This document shows, in pieces, positions 48,980 to 58,748 of a DNA stretch of 64,000 nucleotides. Both the position numbers and the translations under genes were made by a program. Numbering within the stretch: position 1 is the first letter of the stretch; the number at the start of each line of letters is the position of its first letter. This DNA comes from Candidatus Omnitrophota bacterium (GTDB taxonomy: Bacteria > Omnitrophota > Gorgyraeia > Gygaellales > Profunditerraquicolaceae): assembly GCA_003598025.1 (NCBI GenBank), contig QZKH01000003.1, positions 234,048 to 298,047 of the forward strand, read 5' to 3'. Below the pieces are notes generated by a model. It searched no databases. It was not told where the DNA came from and saw only the letters and a list, made by a program, of their open reading frames with translations.

Positions 48980-50827
48980 CTAAACCGGGTCCATGTCTAT
49001 GGTTATTATTATACCTGAATGAGAAACTTTTTTTAAGCATCTTTTTATCAAGGCAGACATCGCCAATGGCCTGCTTCCTTTTGTAACTATATTCCAGTAG
49101 AAATTGCCCCTTATCTTAAATGGCTGCGCCTGCTTTAACGATAACACCTCTAAGCTTCTGCCATCAGTTTCTTTGGTAATAACCTCAAAAAACCGGTTAG
49201 CGCAATCAGAGACTTTATTTTCATCGGGGGAACGTAATTTTATTACAGCTAAATGCTTATAAGGCGGAAACCCCAGCTGTTTTCTGAAATCCATCTCAGG
49301 TAAGATAAACTCTTCGGGATTATTATTTTTTAAAGACTTAAAAACATAATGTCCCGGCATAGAAGTTTGGATGATCATTTTAGCCGTGCACAAATTTAGC
49401 AGCCCCCGCAATAATAATAATGTTTTTTCTGCAGAGCGGAAATCTATCCTGCTTAACATGCTATCAATATTTAACACACATACCAAGTCAAATTTTTTGC
49501 TGTCTAAGCTTAAAATATTTTTATTTGCGATAACAATGTCTGCATAGCTTGAGCCTGCTTCTTGTGCATGCTCAAGCTTTACGATCCTGGCTCTGGGAAA
49601 AAGCCTGTATATCTGGCTTTCTACTTTTTCAATGCCTATGCCTTCATATCTTATGTAATCCGAGTTGCATTGAGGGCAAAGCCTAGGAGCGGCGATACTA
49701 TAATTACAATAGCTGCAGCTTAAGATGTTTTTCTCGTAGTAATATACCAGGTTTACGCTGCACCTCGGGCACTCAAGCTCATAGCCGCACTTTAAACAAC
49801 TTCCATAAGATGCAAAACCTTTCTTATCAAAATATACCAGCACGCTGCCTTTGTTGCTTAGAGTCGAATCAATTACTCCTTGTAAGTACCTGGAAATCTG
49901 CTCTGTTTTCTTCGTGTTACCCTTAAAATAAGTCCTATCGTCTAAGATGAAGATATCCCTGACAGCCTGCTCAACGGCAACTTCATTAAAATCAATATTC
50001 TTATCTCTACTTAACAAAACTGTTTCGAGTGGCCTTGCTACTGAGCCCAAAATCAAACTTGTGCCATTTAATTTTGCCCTCATAATTGCCACCTGGCGTC
50101 CGCTATAATGAGGCACCTGATCCTGCTTATACACATAGTCAGTTTCTTCATCAATTATAATCAATCCTTGATTTTGAAGTGGCGCAAATACCGCGGAACG
50201 CGTTCCTACGATAATATTTACTTCTCTATTCCTGATCTTCAGCCATTCCCGAAGCTCTGATGGGCTTTTTCTAAACAATGTTGAAATCACGGCATTAGGT
50301 ATTTCCGCAGCCCTCTCTTTGAACCTGGCGACCTTTAAAATATCCGGCAGCAAAATCAATGCCTGCTTACCTAAATCAATACATTTTCTTAACTCATTTA
50401 AATAAAAATCCCAGCGCCCCTGTCGATCTGCGTTAATCAATGAAGTGATACTGGCCCTTGAGGTTTTAGGCAGATTTTCCTGAGCCTTTCCCAACTCAAG
50501 CCCTTTCTTGCAGCTTCTTGACTGCCAAGGCAAAGCTGTATCAATAACCTCACCCCACGAACAACAGTAATACTGCGATACCAATTTTGTAAGCCGTAAT
50601 AATTCCTTGCTTAATATAGGGGCATCATCAAGCAAACTTATTATAGGTTTAACGTTCTTTATTGAACTTTGTTTTGATACCCCGACAATATAACCGACGC
50701 ATTTCCTGGCTCCGAATGTAACTAACGCCCTCATGCCTGGGACAACACGGGGCACGAATGCAGCCGGAACCGAATAATCAAATGGACCGTCAACCGGAAT
50801 AGGTATTACTATTTTAACGTATAACAT
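48980..50827 (-). CDS. priA: Primosomal protein N' (PriA) with degenerate helicase motifs
   Basis: N-terminal 3'BD (FDY.VP, PG.R..V.FG), IVGTRSAVFAP, IIIDEE, four CxxC pairs, FPPY; priA-fmt synteny. Confidence 0.9.
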   Translation of the reverse strand: MLYVKIVIPIPVDGPFDYSVPAAFVPRVVPGMRALVTFGARKCVGYIVGVSKQSSIKNVKPIISLLDDAPILSKELLRLTKLVSQYYCCSWGEVIDTALPWQSRSCKKGLELGKAQENLPKTSRASITSLINADRQGRWDFYLNELRKCIDLGKQALILLPDILKVARFKERAAEIPNAVISTLFRKSPSELREWLKIRNREVNIIVGTRSAVFAPLQNQGLIIIDEETDYVYKQDQVPHYSGRQVAIMRAKLNGTSLILGSVARPLETVLLSRDKNIDFNEVAVEQAVRDIFILDDRTYFKGNTKKTEQISRYLQGVIDSTLSNKGSVLVYFDKKGFASYGSCLKCGYELECPRCSVNLVYYYEKNILSCSYCNYSIAAPRLCPQCNSDYIRYEGIGIEKVESQIYRLFPRARIVKLEHAQEAGSSYADIVIANKNILSLDSKKFDLVCVLNIDSMLSRIDFRSAEKTLLLLRGLLNLCTAKMIIQTSMPGHYVFKSLKNNNPEEFILPEMDFRKQLGFPPYKHLAVIKLRSPDENKVSDCANRFFEVITKETDGRSLEVLSLKQAQPFKIRGNFYWNIVTKGSRPLAMSALIKRCLKKVSHSGIIITIDMDPV

Positions 50828-51905
50828 TAGAAAGGCTGATTGCAGGATTCGGTTTTATTAAGTCTTTCATGTTATCCCTGGCTTCTTTAATCCGCGCAGG
50901 GTTATCTCTTAACAATATCACTAGTTTTTTTAGTTCCTCTGTGTTTTTGGCAGCAAAACCTGCATTTTGAGAAACTATCACTCTTGCGTTGACTGTCTCC
51001 TGGCCGGGGATAGGGCTGATAAACACCGGCACAAGCCTCATGGCGATCAATTCTGAAATAGTCAGCCCACCCGGCTTTGTAATCATCAGGTCAGAAACAG
51101 CCATAAGTTCATAAATATTATTTATAAAAGCAAATATTTTAACCTTAGGGTAATTTTTGGCAATCAAACGCTTGTATAACTTTTTATTATTAGCACAAAC
51201 AACCAGTATTTGCATTTCTCCTTTCAGGGCAAAAACTATATCTTCAATCGGCCCCATTCCGAAAGAACCGGTTGATATCAATACTGTAAAAACATCGTTA
51301 TCTAACCCTATCTTGGCCCTGAGGGAAGATTTATCATAATTATCGTAAAATTCGCCTTTTGCCGGTATACCAAATACATCAATCTTATTTTCAGCTATTC
51401 CCATCCCTGCCAATTCCCGGGATGTGACCTCAGACGCAACTATATAGTTATCGATACAATCATTTAGCCAGAAAGGGTGCACGCCGAAATCAGTTATAAC
51501 CGTAATTACCTTTGCCGCTATTTTACGCTTCTTTTTAAGATGCTCAACTGCGCCTGGAGGAAGAAAATGTGTTGTAATAATATAATCTGGTTGCTCTGAA
51601 ATCATAAATCTTTCAAAACGTATAAAAAATATCCTGTTTATAAACGACTGTATCCTGTTTGTCAGCCTGGCAATACGCTTATTACTGGTCAAGTAAAATA
51701 ATAGCCCCCACAATAAAGGCATATGCGTAACTAAAATAGAGTAGCCGCCTGAATAAACAAATTTATAGAATGAATTTGAATATTCAAGTATATCAACAAT
51801 GGTTATTTGATGAGAGGTAAATTCTTTTTTGAAATGATTGAATACTGCAGTAGCAGCGCTAGCGTGGCCTGCCCCTGCTGAAGCATAAACAATTATTATT
51901 TTCAT
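50814..51905 (-). CDS. MGDG synthase/UgtP-like diacylglycerol glycosyltransferase (GT28)
   Basis: SAGAGH, THF, VITDF..H..W, ITKPGGLTISE, PIPGQE..N; start moved to MKII at 51905. Confidence 0.9.
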   Translation of the reverse strand: MKIIIVYASAGAGHASAATAVFNHFKKEFTSHQITIVDILEYSNSFYKFVYSGGYSILVTHMPLLWGLLFYLTSNKRIARLTNRIQSFINRIFFIRFERFMISEQPDYIITTHFLPPGAVEHLKKKRKIAAKVITVITDFGVHPFWLNDCIDNYIVASEVTSRELAGMGIAENKIDVFGIPAKGEFYDNYDKSSLRAKIGLDNDVFTVLISTGSFGMGPIEDIVFALKGEMQILVVCANNKKLYKRLIAKNYPKVKIFAFINNIYELMAVSDLMITKPGGLTISELIAMRLVPVFISPIPGQETVNARVIVSQNAGFAAKNTEELKKLVILLRDNPARIKEARDNMKDLIKPNPAISLSNVIR

Positions 51906-51910
51906 TGACC

Positions 51911-52453
51911 CTAATTCCTTAAGATGAACCTTGAGGCTTCGTAGAGGTTTTTGAATACAAAATCGGGCTTGACCTGCCAATTCTCGCTGTTAATAAGATT
52001 TTCCTGCCCGGTAAGCACTAGTATGGATGTGCACCCTGAGGATCGAGCAGCCAGAATATCTTTCATGCTATCACCTATGAAATAACTCTTGCTTAGATTA
52101 ATGTTGAATTCTTTCGCTGCTTTTTTTAGGCTGCCAATTTTGGGCTTCCGGCAAGAACAGTCTTCCTCAGGCAAATGGAAACAATAATAAACACGGTCGA
52201 TATCGCCACCGTAAGACCTTATCTCCTCAATCATCTTAGAGGTTATTAAATCTAAATCGGCTTTATCCAGTAAACCTTTGCCAACGCAAGCCTGGTTTGA
52301 GATTATAAAAATCTTAAACCCTGATTTCTTAAGATCGGCGATTGCCTTTTTCACATTGGGAAGAAATTTAAATCCTTTTATGCTCGTTACGTATTTCCCG
52401 TACCCGGGGAACTTATTAATAACGCCGTCCCGGTCAAGAAAAATAGCTCTCAT
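51911..52453 (-). CDS. gmhB: D,D-heptose 1,7-bisphosphate phosphatase (HAD)
   Basis: FLDRDGVIN, SNQ, C.H....C.CRKP, IGD...D; LPS context. Confidence 0.88.
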   Translation of the reverse strand: MRAIFLDRDGVINKFPGYGKYVTSIKGFKFLPNVKKAIADLKKSGFKIFIISNQACVGKGLLDKADLDLITSKMIEEIRSYGGDIDRVYYCFHLPEEDCSCRKPKIGSLKKAAKEFNINLSKSYFIGDSMKDILAARSSGCTSILVLTGQENLINSENWQVKPDFVFKNLYEASRFILRN

Positions 52454-53477
52454 TATCTTTTACCCAATCTATAAGCTTGTTTATGCCGCTTTTGACTGAA
52501 ACTTTTGTATCCCATTTAAGTTCTTTCTTCACTTTTGCGGTATCAGTTATATAAACCTTCTGGTCTGATGGCCTCCAATCGGAAAATTCTGTCTTTGGCC
52601 TTTTGCCGGTAGCACTTTCAAGCTGGTCTAAGAATTCCAGGAGCGATATTGTATTATCGGGACCGCCGCCTATGTTAAACAGCCCTCTTTCTAAATCACT
52701 GTTTATGAATTTATTGAACGCATCAACAAGATCATCTACATACAGCATATCCCGGACCTGTTTACCGTTACCATAAATAGTAATTGGCTTATTGAATAAA
52801 GCAGCGATTATAAACCAGGCAACCCATCCCTGGTCCTCAAAACCGAACTGCCTTGTGCCATATGTACAAGACATGCGGAAAACCGCTGTTTTCATCTTAT
52901 AAATATGGCTATATTCCTGTACATAAAGGTCACCCACAAGCTTAGATACTCCGTAAGGTGTATGCCCCGTAAGGTCCGTAGACATGCTTTCATTGACTCC
53001 TACGACACCGTCATAAATGTATCTTTTCTCCTTTTCAATTAAGGCGATCTTATCAACGTTTTCGCCAAATGTTTTATTGGTTGAGCAATAGACAATAACC
53101 GTATCTTTGGATTTAGCCCTTGCTGCTTCAAGGACATTAAGGGTCCCAAAAGCATTGATGCTAAAATCTTCTTTAGGCATACGCACGCTAGAAGGAACTC
53201 CGGGCTGGCCTGCAGTATGTATTACCACATCAACTCCTTTACCTATTGCCTTTGCCACATCCTTCTCATCCCTGACATCCCCTTTTATAAGTTCAATATT
53301 CTTGAATTGCTGTAAATATTTCCAGTTAAATTCAACCGAATTCTTATCATAACCGAATATTTTAGAACGCATGAGATTATCAAGGACAATAACTTTATTT
53401 TTTGAATTTTGCTTTGAAAAAAACTCCGCACAGTGACTACCCACAAGCCCTGCCCCTCCGGTGACCAATACTCTCAT
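52434..53477 (-). CDS. NAD-dependent nucleotide-sugar epimerase (CDP-paratose 2-epimerase-like)
   Basis: GGAGLVG, STNK, TPYGVSK, QFGFEDQGWVAWF, WRPSDQ. Confidence 0.88.
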   Translation of the reverse strand: MRVLVTGGAGLVGSHCAEFFSKQNSKNKVIVLDNLMRSKIFGYDKNSVEFNWKYLQQFKNIELIKGDVRDEKDVAKAIGKGVDVVIHTAGQPGVPSSVRMPKEDFSINAFGTLNVLEAARAKSKDTVIVYCSTNKTFGENVDKIALIEKEKRYIYDGVVGVNESMSTDLTGHTPYGVSKLVGDLYVQEYSHIYKMKTAVFRMSCTYGTRQFGFEDQGWVAWFIIAALFNKPITIYGNGKQVRDMLYVDDLVDAFNKFINSDLERGLFNIGGGPDNTISLLEFLDQLESATGKRPKTEFSDWRPSDQKVYITDTAKVKKELKWDTKVSVKSGINKLIDWVKDNESYFS

Positions 53478-54244
53478 TTCCTTAATCTCCTTTCAGTGAT
53501 TATTTCACGATATTTCAAATAACTTAAGAATTGATATAATGCCGCATTGAAAGCGATCATAAAGCCGATAAAACCGTCTTTATAACCCCTTCTAGTAAAA
53601 TAAGTGCGCATAAACCTGTCATAGCTCCTCCAGAGAAACCTGCCCAGGCGCATAGGCTTGTTTTGCGTAAGCCATTTTCGCGCTTCCCAGCTTGTTTGTT
53701 TATTCAGCTTAGTTATAAAATCTTCAAGGTTTCTATATGAATAATGAATAAGATCTGAATGAAGATGGCCGCAAGCGCCGTCCATAAAAGCCCGGGGATG
53801 CACTGCTGCTTCTTCATATCTGAATTTACTCTTCCTGAATAATTTAAGCTGCCCGCTAGGGTACCACCCCCCATACCTGACCCAGTAATTTCCTATATAA
53901 TTCCTCCTAGGAACAGTAAAACCGTTCTCTTTAGGGTTATCGGACAATTTTTGGGCTATTTCATTTTTTAGCTCGGATGTGACTATTTCATCTGCATCAA
54001 GGCTTAAGACCCATTCATTAGCAGCTTTTGAATAAGCCCAATTCCTATGCGCGCCCTCAACTTCCATTTTCCTAATAAAGATTTTGTCCGTGTACTTGGC
54101 AGCGATTTCTCTGGTATGATCAGTACTCTGGTCATCAACAATGATTATCTCATCAGCCCAAAACACCGAATCAAGGCACCTGGACAATCGCTCTTGTTCA
54201 TTTCTTGTTATCACAACCACAGAAAGCCTGACCTTATCAGTCAT
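53474..54244 (-). CDS. GT2 glycosyltransferase (WaaE/KdtX-like LPS core type)
   Basis: LSVVVITRNE, STD.T, WVLSLDADE, VH, GYKDGFIG. Confidence 0.88.
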   Translation of the reverse strand: MTDKVRLSVVVITRNEQERLSRCLDSVFWADEIIIVDDQSTDHTREIAAKYTDKIFIRKMEVEGAHRNWAYSKAANEWVLSLDADEIVTSELKNEIAQKLSDNPKENGFTVPRRNYIGNYWVRYGGWYPSGQLKLFRKSKFRYEEAAVHPRAFMDGACGHLHSDLIHYSYRNLEDFITKLNKQTSWEARKWLTQNKPMRLGRFLWRSYDRFMRTYFTRRGYKDGFIGFMIAFNAALYQFLSYLKYREIITERRLRK

Positions 54245-55359
54245 TAAACAATATCCTTGATTATTCCTGTTACGAATTTAATCTGCTCCTCAGTTATATA
54301 CGGGAACATCGGCAGCGATAATATTTCGTCGCATACTTTCTCAGCAACGGCAAAATCACCTTTCTTATATTTCAAGTGAGCATAAGCCTTTTGTAAATGC
54401 AGCGGTATAGGATAATGAATGATGCTGGAGACGCCTGCATCAGAAAGCGCCCTGTGTATCTGATCTCTCTTTGCCGATCTGATAGCATAAACATGATAGA
54501 TATGTTTTACAGAAGGCAGAGATACTGGGCAAACCACATTTTTGGCACTATTTAATTGGCTGTCATATATTTTAGCAGCTTCCTGCCGAAGGTTGTTCCA
54601 TTTATCAATTCTTTTTAATTTTATCCTAAGCAGCGCTGCCTGGATAGTATCAAGCCTGGAATTGTATCCAATCATGGCATGCTCATATTTGGATATCCTG
54701 CCATAATCTCTTAACATGCATAACTTATCAAATACAGCCTTATTTTTCGTAACCACCATGCCTCCGTCACCCATTGCGCCGAGATTCTTAGAAGGATAAA
54801 AACTGAAACAACCGACATCGCCAATCTCTCCGGCAAACATGCGCCTGCCTTCCGGCATGGTTATACTGGCACCGTGTGCCTGAGCAGCATCCTCAATGAC
54901 TTTTAAATTATGTTTATTGGCCAGTTGCATTATTTTAGGCATATTTGCCGGCTGCCCGTAAAGATGCACTACCATTATCGCCTTTGTTTTACGGGTTATC
55001 GCTTTTTCAATCTTGTTTACATCTATATTATATGTTGCCTCATCGATATCGACAAAAACAGGCTTTGCCCCCGTATAACTTACAGCTAAAGCCGAAGCAA
55101 TAAATGTAAAAGCCGGAACAATAACTTCATCGAGCTGGCCGATATCCAAGCCTTTGAGAGCAAGAAATAAAGCAGCGGTACCTGAGCTCACGCCTAAAGC
55201 GTATGGGCAATTGCAAAAAGCAGCGAATTCCTTTTCGAACTCAACTAAATCCTGGCCCAGGATAAAATCACCCCTGTTGATAACCTTCTCTATCGCCAGA
55301 GATAATTCCCTTTTAATCTCTTCATGCTGTTTACTTAAATCGCAGAATGGTACATTCAC
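54244..55359 (-). CDS. DegT/DnrJ/EryC1/StrS sugar aminotransferase
   Basis: VHLYGQP, IEDAAQAHG, SFYPSKNLG..GDGG, NSRLD. Confidence 0.95.
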   Translation of the reverse strand: MNVPFCDLSKQHEEIKRELSLAIEKVINRGDFILGQDLVEFEKEFAAFCNCPYALGVSSGTAALFLALKGLDIGQLDEVIVPAFTFIASALAVSYTGAKPVFVDIDEATYNIDVNKIEKAITRKTKAIMVVHLYGQPANMPKIMQLANKHNLKVIEDAAQAHGASITMPEGRRMFAGEIGDVGCFSFYPSKNLGAMGDGGMVVTKNKAVFDKLCMLRDYGRISKYEHAMIGYNSRLDTIQAALLRIKLKRIDKWNNLRQEAAKIYDSQLNSAKNVVCPVSLPSVKHIYHVYAIRSAKRDQIHRALSDAGVSSIIHYPIPLHLQKAYAHLKYKKGDFAVAEKVCDEILSLPMFPYITEEQIKFVTGIIKDIV

Positions 55360-56447
55360 ATCAGCCTCCTTACGGCATCAAAAACCTGGTCCACCTGGAT
55401 TGAATCAATGCACTCCTTGCTATGAACGCAATGAGCAAGCTTAAAATCCTTATAACATGGCCGGCAATCCAACTGGCGCTTCAATACTATATGTTCATCG
55501 TTTTTTGGATATGGTCCATAAACAACTTCACTTACCGGGCCAAAGATAGATACTGTCCTGATGTCTAAAGCAACCGCAATATGCAAAGGCCCGCCATCAT
55601 TAGTAACTAAAACCCTGCACCTCTTCAACAATGCCGGAAGATCGGTTAAGCTTACTATGCCCGTAATATCCAAAGCTTTATTACGCATACATGAAAGCAC
55701 CCCGGAAGTAATATCCTTCTCTTCCCGGCTTGCAACAATTATAACCTTAATATTAAATTGGTCAATAATTCTATCTGCCAGCTCTGCAAATTTCTCTGCA
55801 GGCCAGTGTTTTATATACGCATCCTTGCCCCAGCTCTGTCCGGCACCCGGGACTATGCCGATGACTGCTTCATCCGGCCCTATACCGTGGTTTAAAAGCA
55901 GAGAATCGATATTTTGCCGGCTTTCTTTGTTTATCTCCAGGCTCATCCTTTTATCCATAATTTCAATTCCGGATTCTCTGGCTAAATCTATATAATATTC
56001 CACCATATGCTTTTCATTGTAACCTTCAATATCCAAAGAGCGTGTAAAAAAACCCCTTTTCCTCTTAAAGTTATACCCTATTCTCTGCTTTATGTTCATC
56101 AATTTGGCGATTAGGCTGTATCTGTAGTCCAGAGAATAATCAATACAGGTATCGAATTTATATTTTTTTAACGCGCCGATCAAGCTGAATAATTTCTTTA
56201 TGCCAGCCAAAGGGGATTCTTTAAAAATCCTCTTAAGATCGCCTCTATTTAAATCAATTACTGCATCCAAATAAGGATTGGTTTTCAACAGTGCGCCTAC
56301 TCTCTGGTTGCACCAGTAGCCGATAAAACTCTCAGGATATTTCTCCTTTATCCCTTTTAAAACCGGCGTGGTAAATAAAACATCTCCGATACCGAAAGGA
56401 TTTATTATAAGGAATCTCCTGGTATTACCTTTTGAAGTCGTCATCAA
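55356..56447 (-). CDS. GT9 LPS heptosyltransferase (WaaF-like)
   Basis: GIGDVLFTTP, K.WP, NDGGPLHIA, FGP, C.PC. Confidence 0.9.
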   Translation of the reverse strand: MMTTSKGNTRRFLIINPFGIGDVLFTTPVLKGIKEKYPESFIGYWCNQRVGALLKTNPYLDAVIDLNRGDLKRIFKESPLAGIKKLFSLIGALKKYKFDTCIDYSLDYRYSLIAKLMNIKQRIGYNFKRKRGFFTRSLDIEGYNEKHMVEYYIDLARESGIEIMDKRMSLEINKESRQNIDSLLLNHGIGPDEAVIGIVPGAGQSWGKDAYIKHWPAEKFAELADRIIDQFNIKVIIVASREEKDITSGVLSCMRNKALDITGIVSLTDLPALLKRCRVLVTNDGGPLHIAVALDIRTVSIFGPVSEVVYGPYPKNDEHIVLKRQLDCRPCYKDFKLAHCVHSKECIDSIQVDQVFDAVRRLM

Positions 56448-57819
56448 ATCTCTCTATATCATCTTCCTCAAGGTAGCTGCCTGTCTGCACCTCGACGACC
56501 CTAAGGACTGAATTACCGGGATTCTCAAGCCTGTGTTTCTGGCCGATAGGCACATAAATACTGTTGTTTGCTTTTACCACTTTTGCCTTTCCGGAGGTCG
56601 TAACCTTGGCGCATCCGGAAACCACCACCCAATGTTCAGCCCTTTTTGTATGCCTCTGCAGGCTTAATCGTTTCTTAGGATAAATCTGAATAAGCTTTAT
56701 TTTAAAACCAATTCCCTTCTGCAGTACGGTGAATTCTCCCCAGGGCCTTTTTTCCGTTATATGGGATATACATTCTTTACGCCTGCCCACTTTTAACAAA
56801 TCAACTATCTTTTTTACGTCCTGAGCATTATTGTTGTTGCATACTAATATCGCATCCGGCGTATCTGCTATTATCAGGTCGCGCACCCCTACCGCAGATA
56901 TAAACCTTGCCGAGCGGCTAAAAACACTCACCCCCCTGCAATTAAGGCCGAGAAAATCAGCTTTGGAGACATTCCCGCAGGCATCCTTGGGGAGTATTTT
57001 GGTTAAGGCATCCCAGCTGCCAAGATCAGTCCAATAGAAATCAGCCGGCACGAGCACGATCTTCTTTGAAAATGCCATTATACCGTAATCAACAGAGATC
57101 GGCTTAATACTGAACCATTTCTTCCCCACCTGCTCTATCTTCTTTACATCTTTAAATATTTGATACATGTCAGGAAGGAATTTTCTTAGTTCCTCCATAA
57201 AAACAGATGCCTTCCAAATAAAAATCCCGCTATTCCAGAAGAAACGTTTGTCTATCGCATATTTTTTAGCTAAGGCAAATGCCGGCTTTTCAATAAATTT
57301 GCTCACCTTAATACATTTGACCCCTAAGCCACTTAATGGCTTTGCTGTTTTTATATATCCGTAGCCGGTAGATGCGTCTTGGGGCTTGATCCCGATTGTC
57401 ACCATGAAATCTTTCCTGGCGCATTTTATTGCACTTTTTATACAGCTGGAAAATTCCTTTTTGCCGCGGATATAATGATCAGAAGGCAGGACCAACATTA
57501 CCGCTTCCTTATCCTTTGCCAATATCAGGCTGGCGGCAAGTGCGATAGCCGCAGCTGTATTTCTTGCATCCGGCTCAAGCACAATATTAGAATCAGGGAC
57601 TTTCAGCGTCTTTATCTGGCTTTTTAATTCATACAAATAAAGCTTATTGCTTATTATAAATATATTCTCGGGTTCAATTATCCCGCTTAGCCGTATTATG
57701 GTATTCTGAAGCAAAGAATTGTTGCTTAAGACATGCATGAATTGTTTTGGTTCAAGCTCCCTGCTAAAAGGCCAGAACCGTGTTCCTGTGCCACCAGCTA
57801 AAATCACCGCATAATTCAT
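56425..57819 (-). CDS. manC: Mannose-1-phosphate guanylyltransferase/mannose-6-phosphate isomerase
   Basis: ILAGG.GTRFWP.SR..PKQF, RNTA, PSDH, WNSG, W.DLGSW; cupin LSLQ.H..RAEHW. Confidence 0.95.
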   Translation of the reverse strand: MNYAVILAGGTGTRFWPFSRELEPKQFMHVLSNNSLLQNTIIRLSGIIEPENIFIISNKLYLYELKSQIKTLKVPDSNIVLEPDARNTAAAIALAASLILAKDKEAVMLVLPSDHYIRGKKEFSSCIKSAIKCARKDFMVTIGIKPQDASTGYGYIKTAKPLSGLGVKCIKVSKFIEKPAFALAKKYAIDKRFFWNSGIFIWKASVFMEELRKFLPDMYQIFKDVKKIEQVGKKWFSIKPISVDYGIMAFSKKIVLVPADFYWTDLGSWDALTKILPKDACGNVSKADFLGLNCRGVSVFSRSARFISAVGVRDLIIADTPDAILVCNNNNAQDVKKIVDLLKVGRRKECISHITEKRPWGEFTVLQKGIGFKIKLIQIYPKKRLSLQRHTKRAEHWVVVSGCAKVTTSGKAKVVKANNSIYVPIGQKHRLENPGNSVLRVVEVQTGSYLEEDDIERFDDDFKR

Positions 57820-58748
57820 AGCGCTAACACCTTTCTTACAGTATTAAAAACTTCTTCTACACTTATATCGGTTAAACTTCCGCCTTCAATTACTATTTTA
57901 TTCTCTGTCCAGGGGCCCCATCTTCTTGGTGCCTTTGAAGGGATATCATTCCTGAATAATGCTATTACTTTTGTCCCGAGGCTTGCCGCTAAATGCATGG
58001 GCCCGCTATCCCCGGATATTAATAAGTCAGCGCCTTTAATTATTTTTGCCAACTCAGGCAAGCTGGTTTTTCCGGTCATATCTGTTATAAGGCTATGCGG
58101 CGACCTGAATAGCCCGCCATACTTATTCAGCTCATCCCTACCGCCGACAATTACAACCTTTTTCTTAATCTCATTTACTATCCTTAAAACAAGCTCCTTA
58201 AACCTCTCCAGAGGCCATTGCTTAATATTATCGCTGGTCCAGGGATGAATTACAATAGTATTGTTGCCGGGAACCGGGCCAATATCAATATGCGAATCAA
58301 AACTTCTGCTTGTGGCACCGATCAAGGAAACCAGCTCAAGATTATATTCGACTTCATGCCTATCTCCGGTATATTTACGGTCAGGGATTTTACGGTTAAG
58401 CAAAAAAGGCCACTTCCGGTCAAACCCTACCCTAACAGGTATCCCGGCAAGAAAGTTTATTAAATTGAGTTCCTGCGAAGGATTAAATACTATACTTATG
58501 TCAAATTTCTTAACTGCAAGTTTTCTGGAGAAATTTAATATTTCGAAAAAACTATGTTTATGGTTATTCCAGGTGATCACCTCCCCGGCTTCATTAATAA
58601 ATCCGGCTAACTCTTTAACATAAGGGTTACAAACCAAAGTTATACCGGCATCGGGAAAAGCTTCCTTTATCGCCCTAATACAGGGAATAATCAGCAAAAA
58701 TTCGCCAAATCGGTCATTACGGAACAATAATATATTTTTCTTAGCCAT
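57816..58748 (-). CDS. GT9 LPS glycosyltransferase (heptosyltransferase family)
   Basis: RNDRFGE, HEVEYNL, KQWP, DSGPMHLAA, RWGP. Confidence 0.88.
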   Translation of the reverse strand: MAKKNILLFRNDRFGEFLLIIPCIRAIKEAFPDAGITLVCNPYVKELAGFINEAGEVITWNNHKHSFFEILNFSRKLAVKKFDISIVFNPSQELNLINFLAGIPVRVGFDRKWPFLLNRKIPDRKYTGDRHEVEYNLELVSLIGATSRSFDSHIDIGPVPGNNTIVIHPWTSDNIKQWPLERFKELVLRIVNEIKKKVVIVGGRDELNKYGGLFRSPHSLITDMTGKTSLPELAKIIKGADLLISGDSGPMHLAASLGTKVIALFRNDIPSKAPRRWGPWTENKIVIEGGSLTDISVEEVFNTVRKVLAL

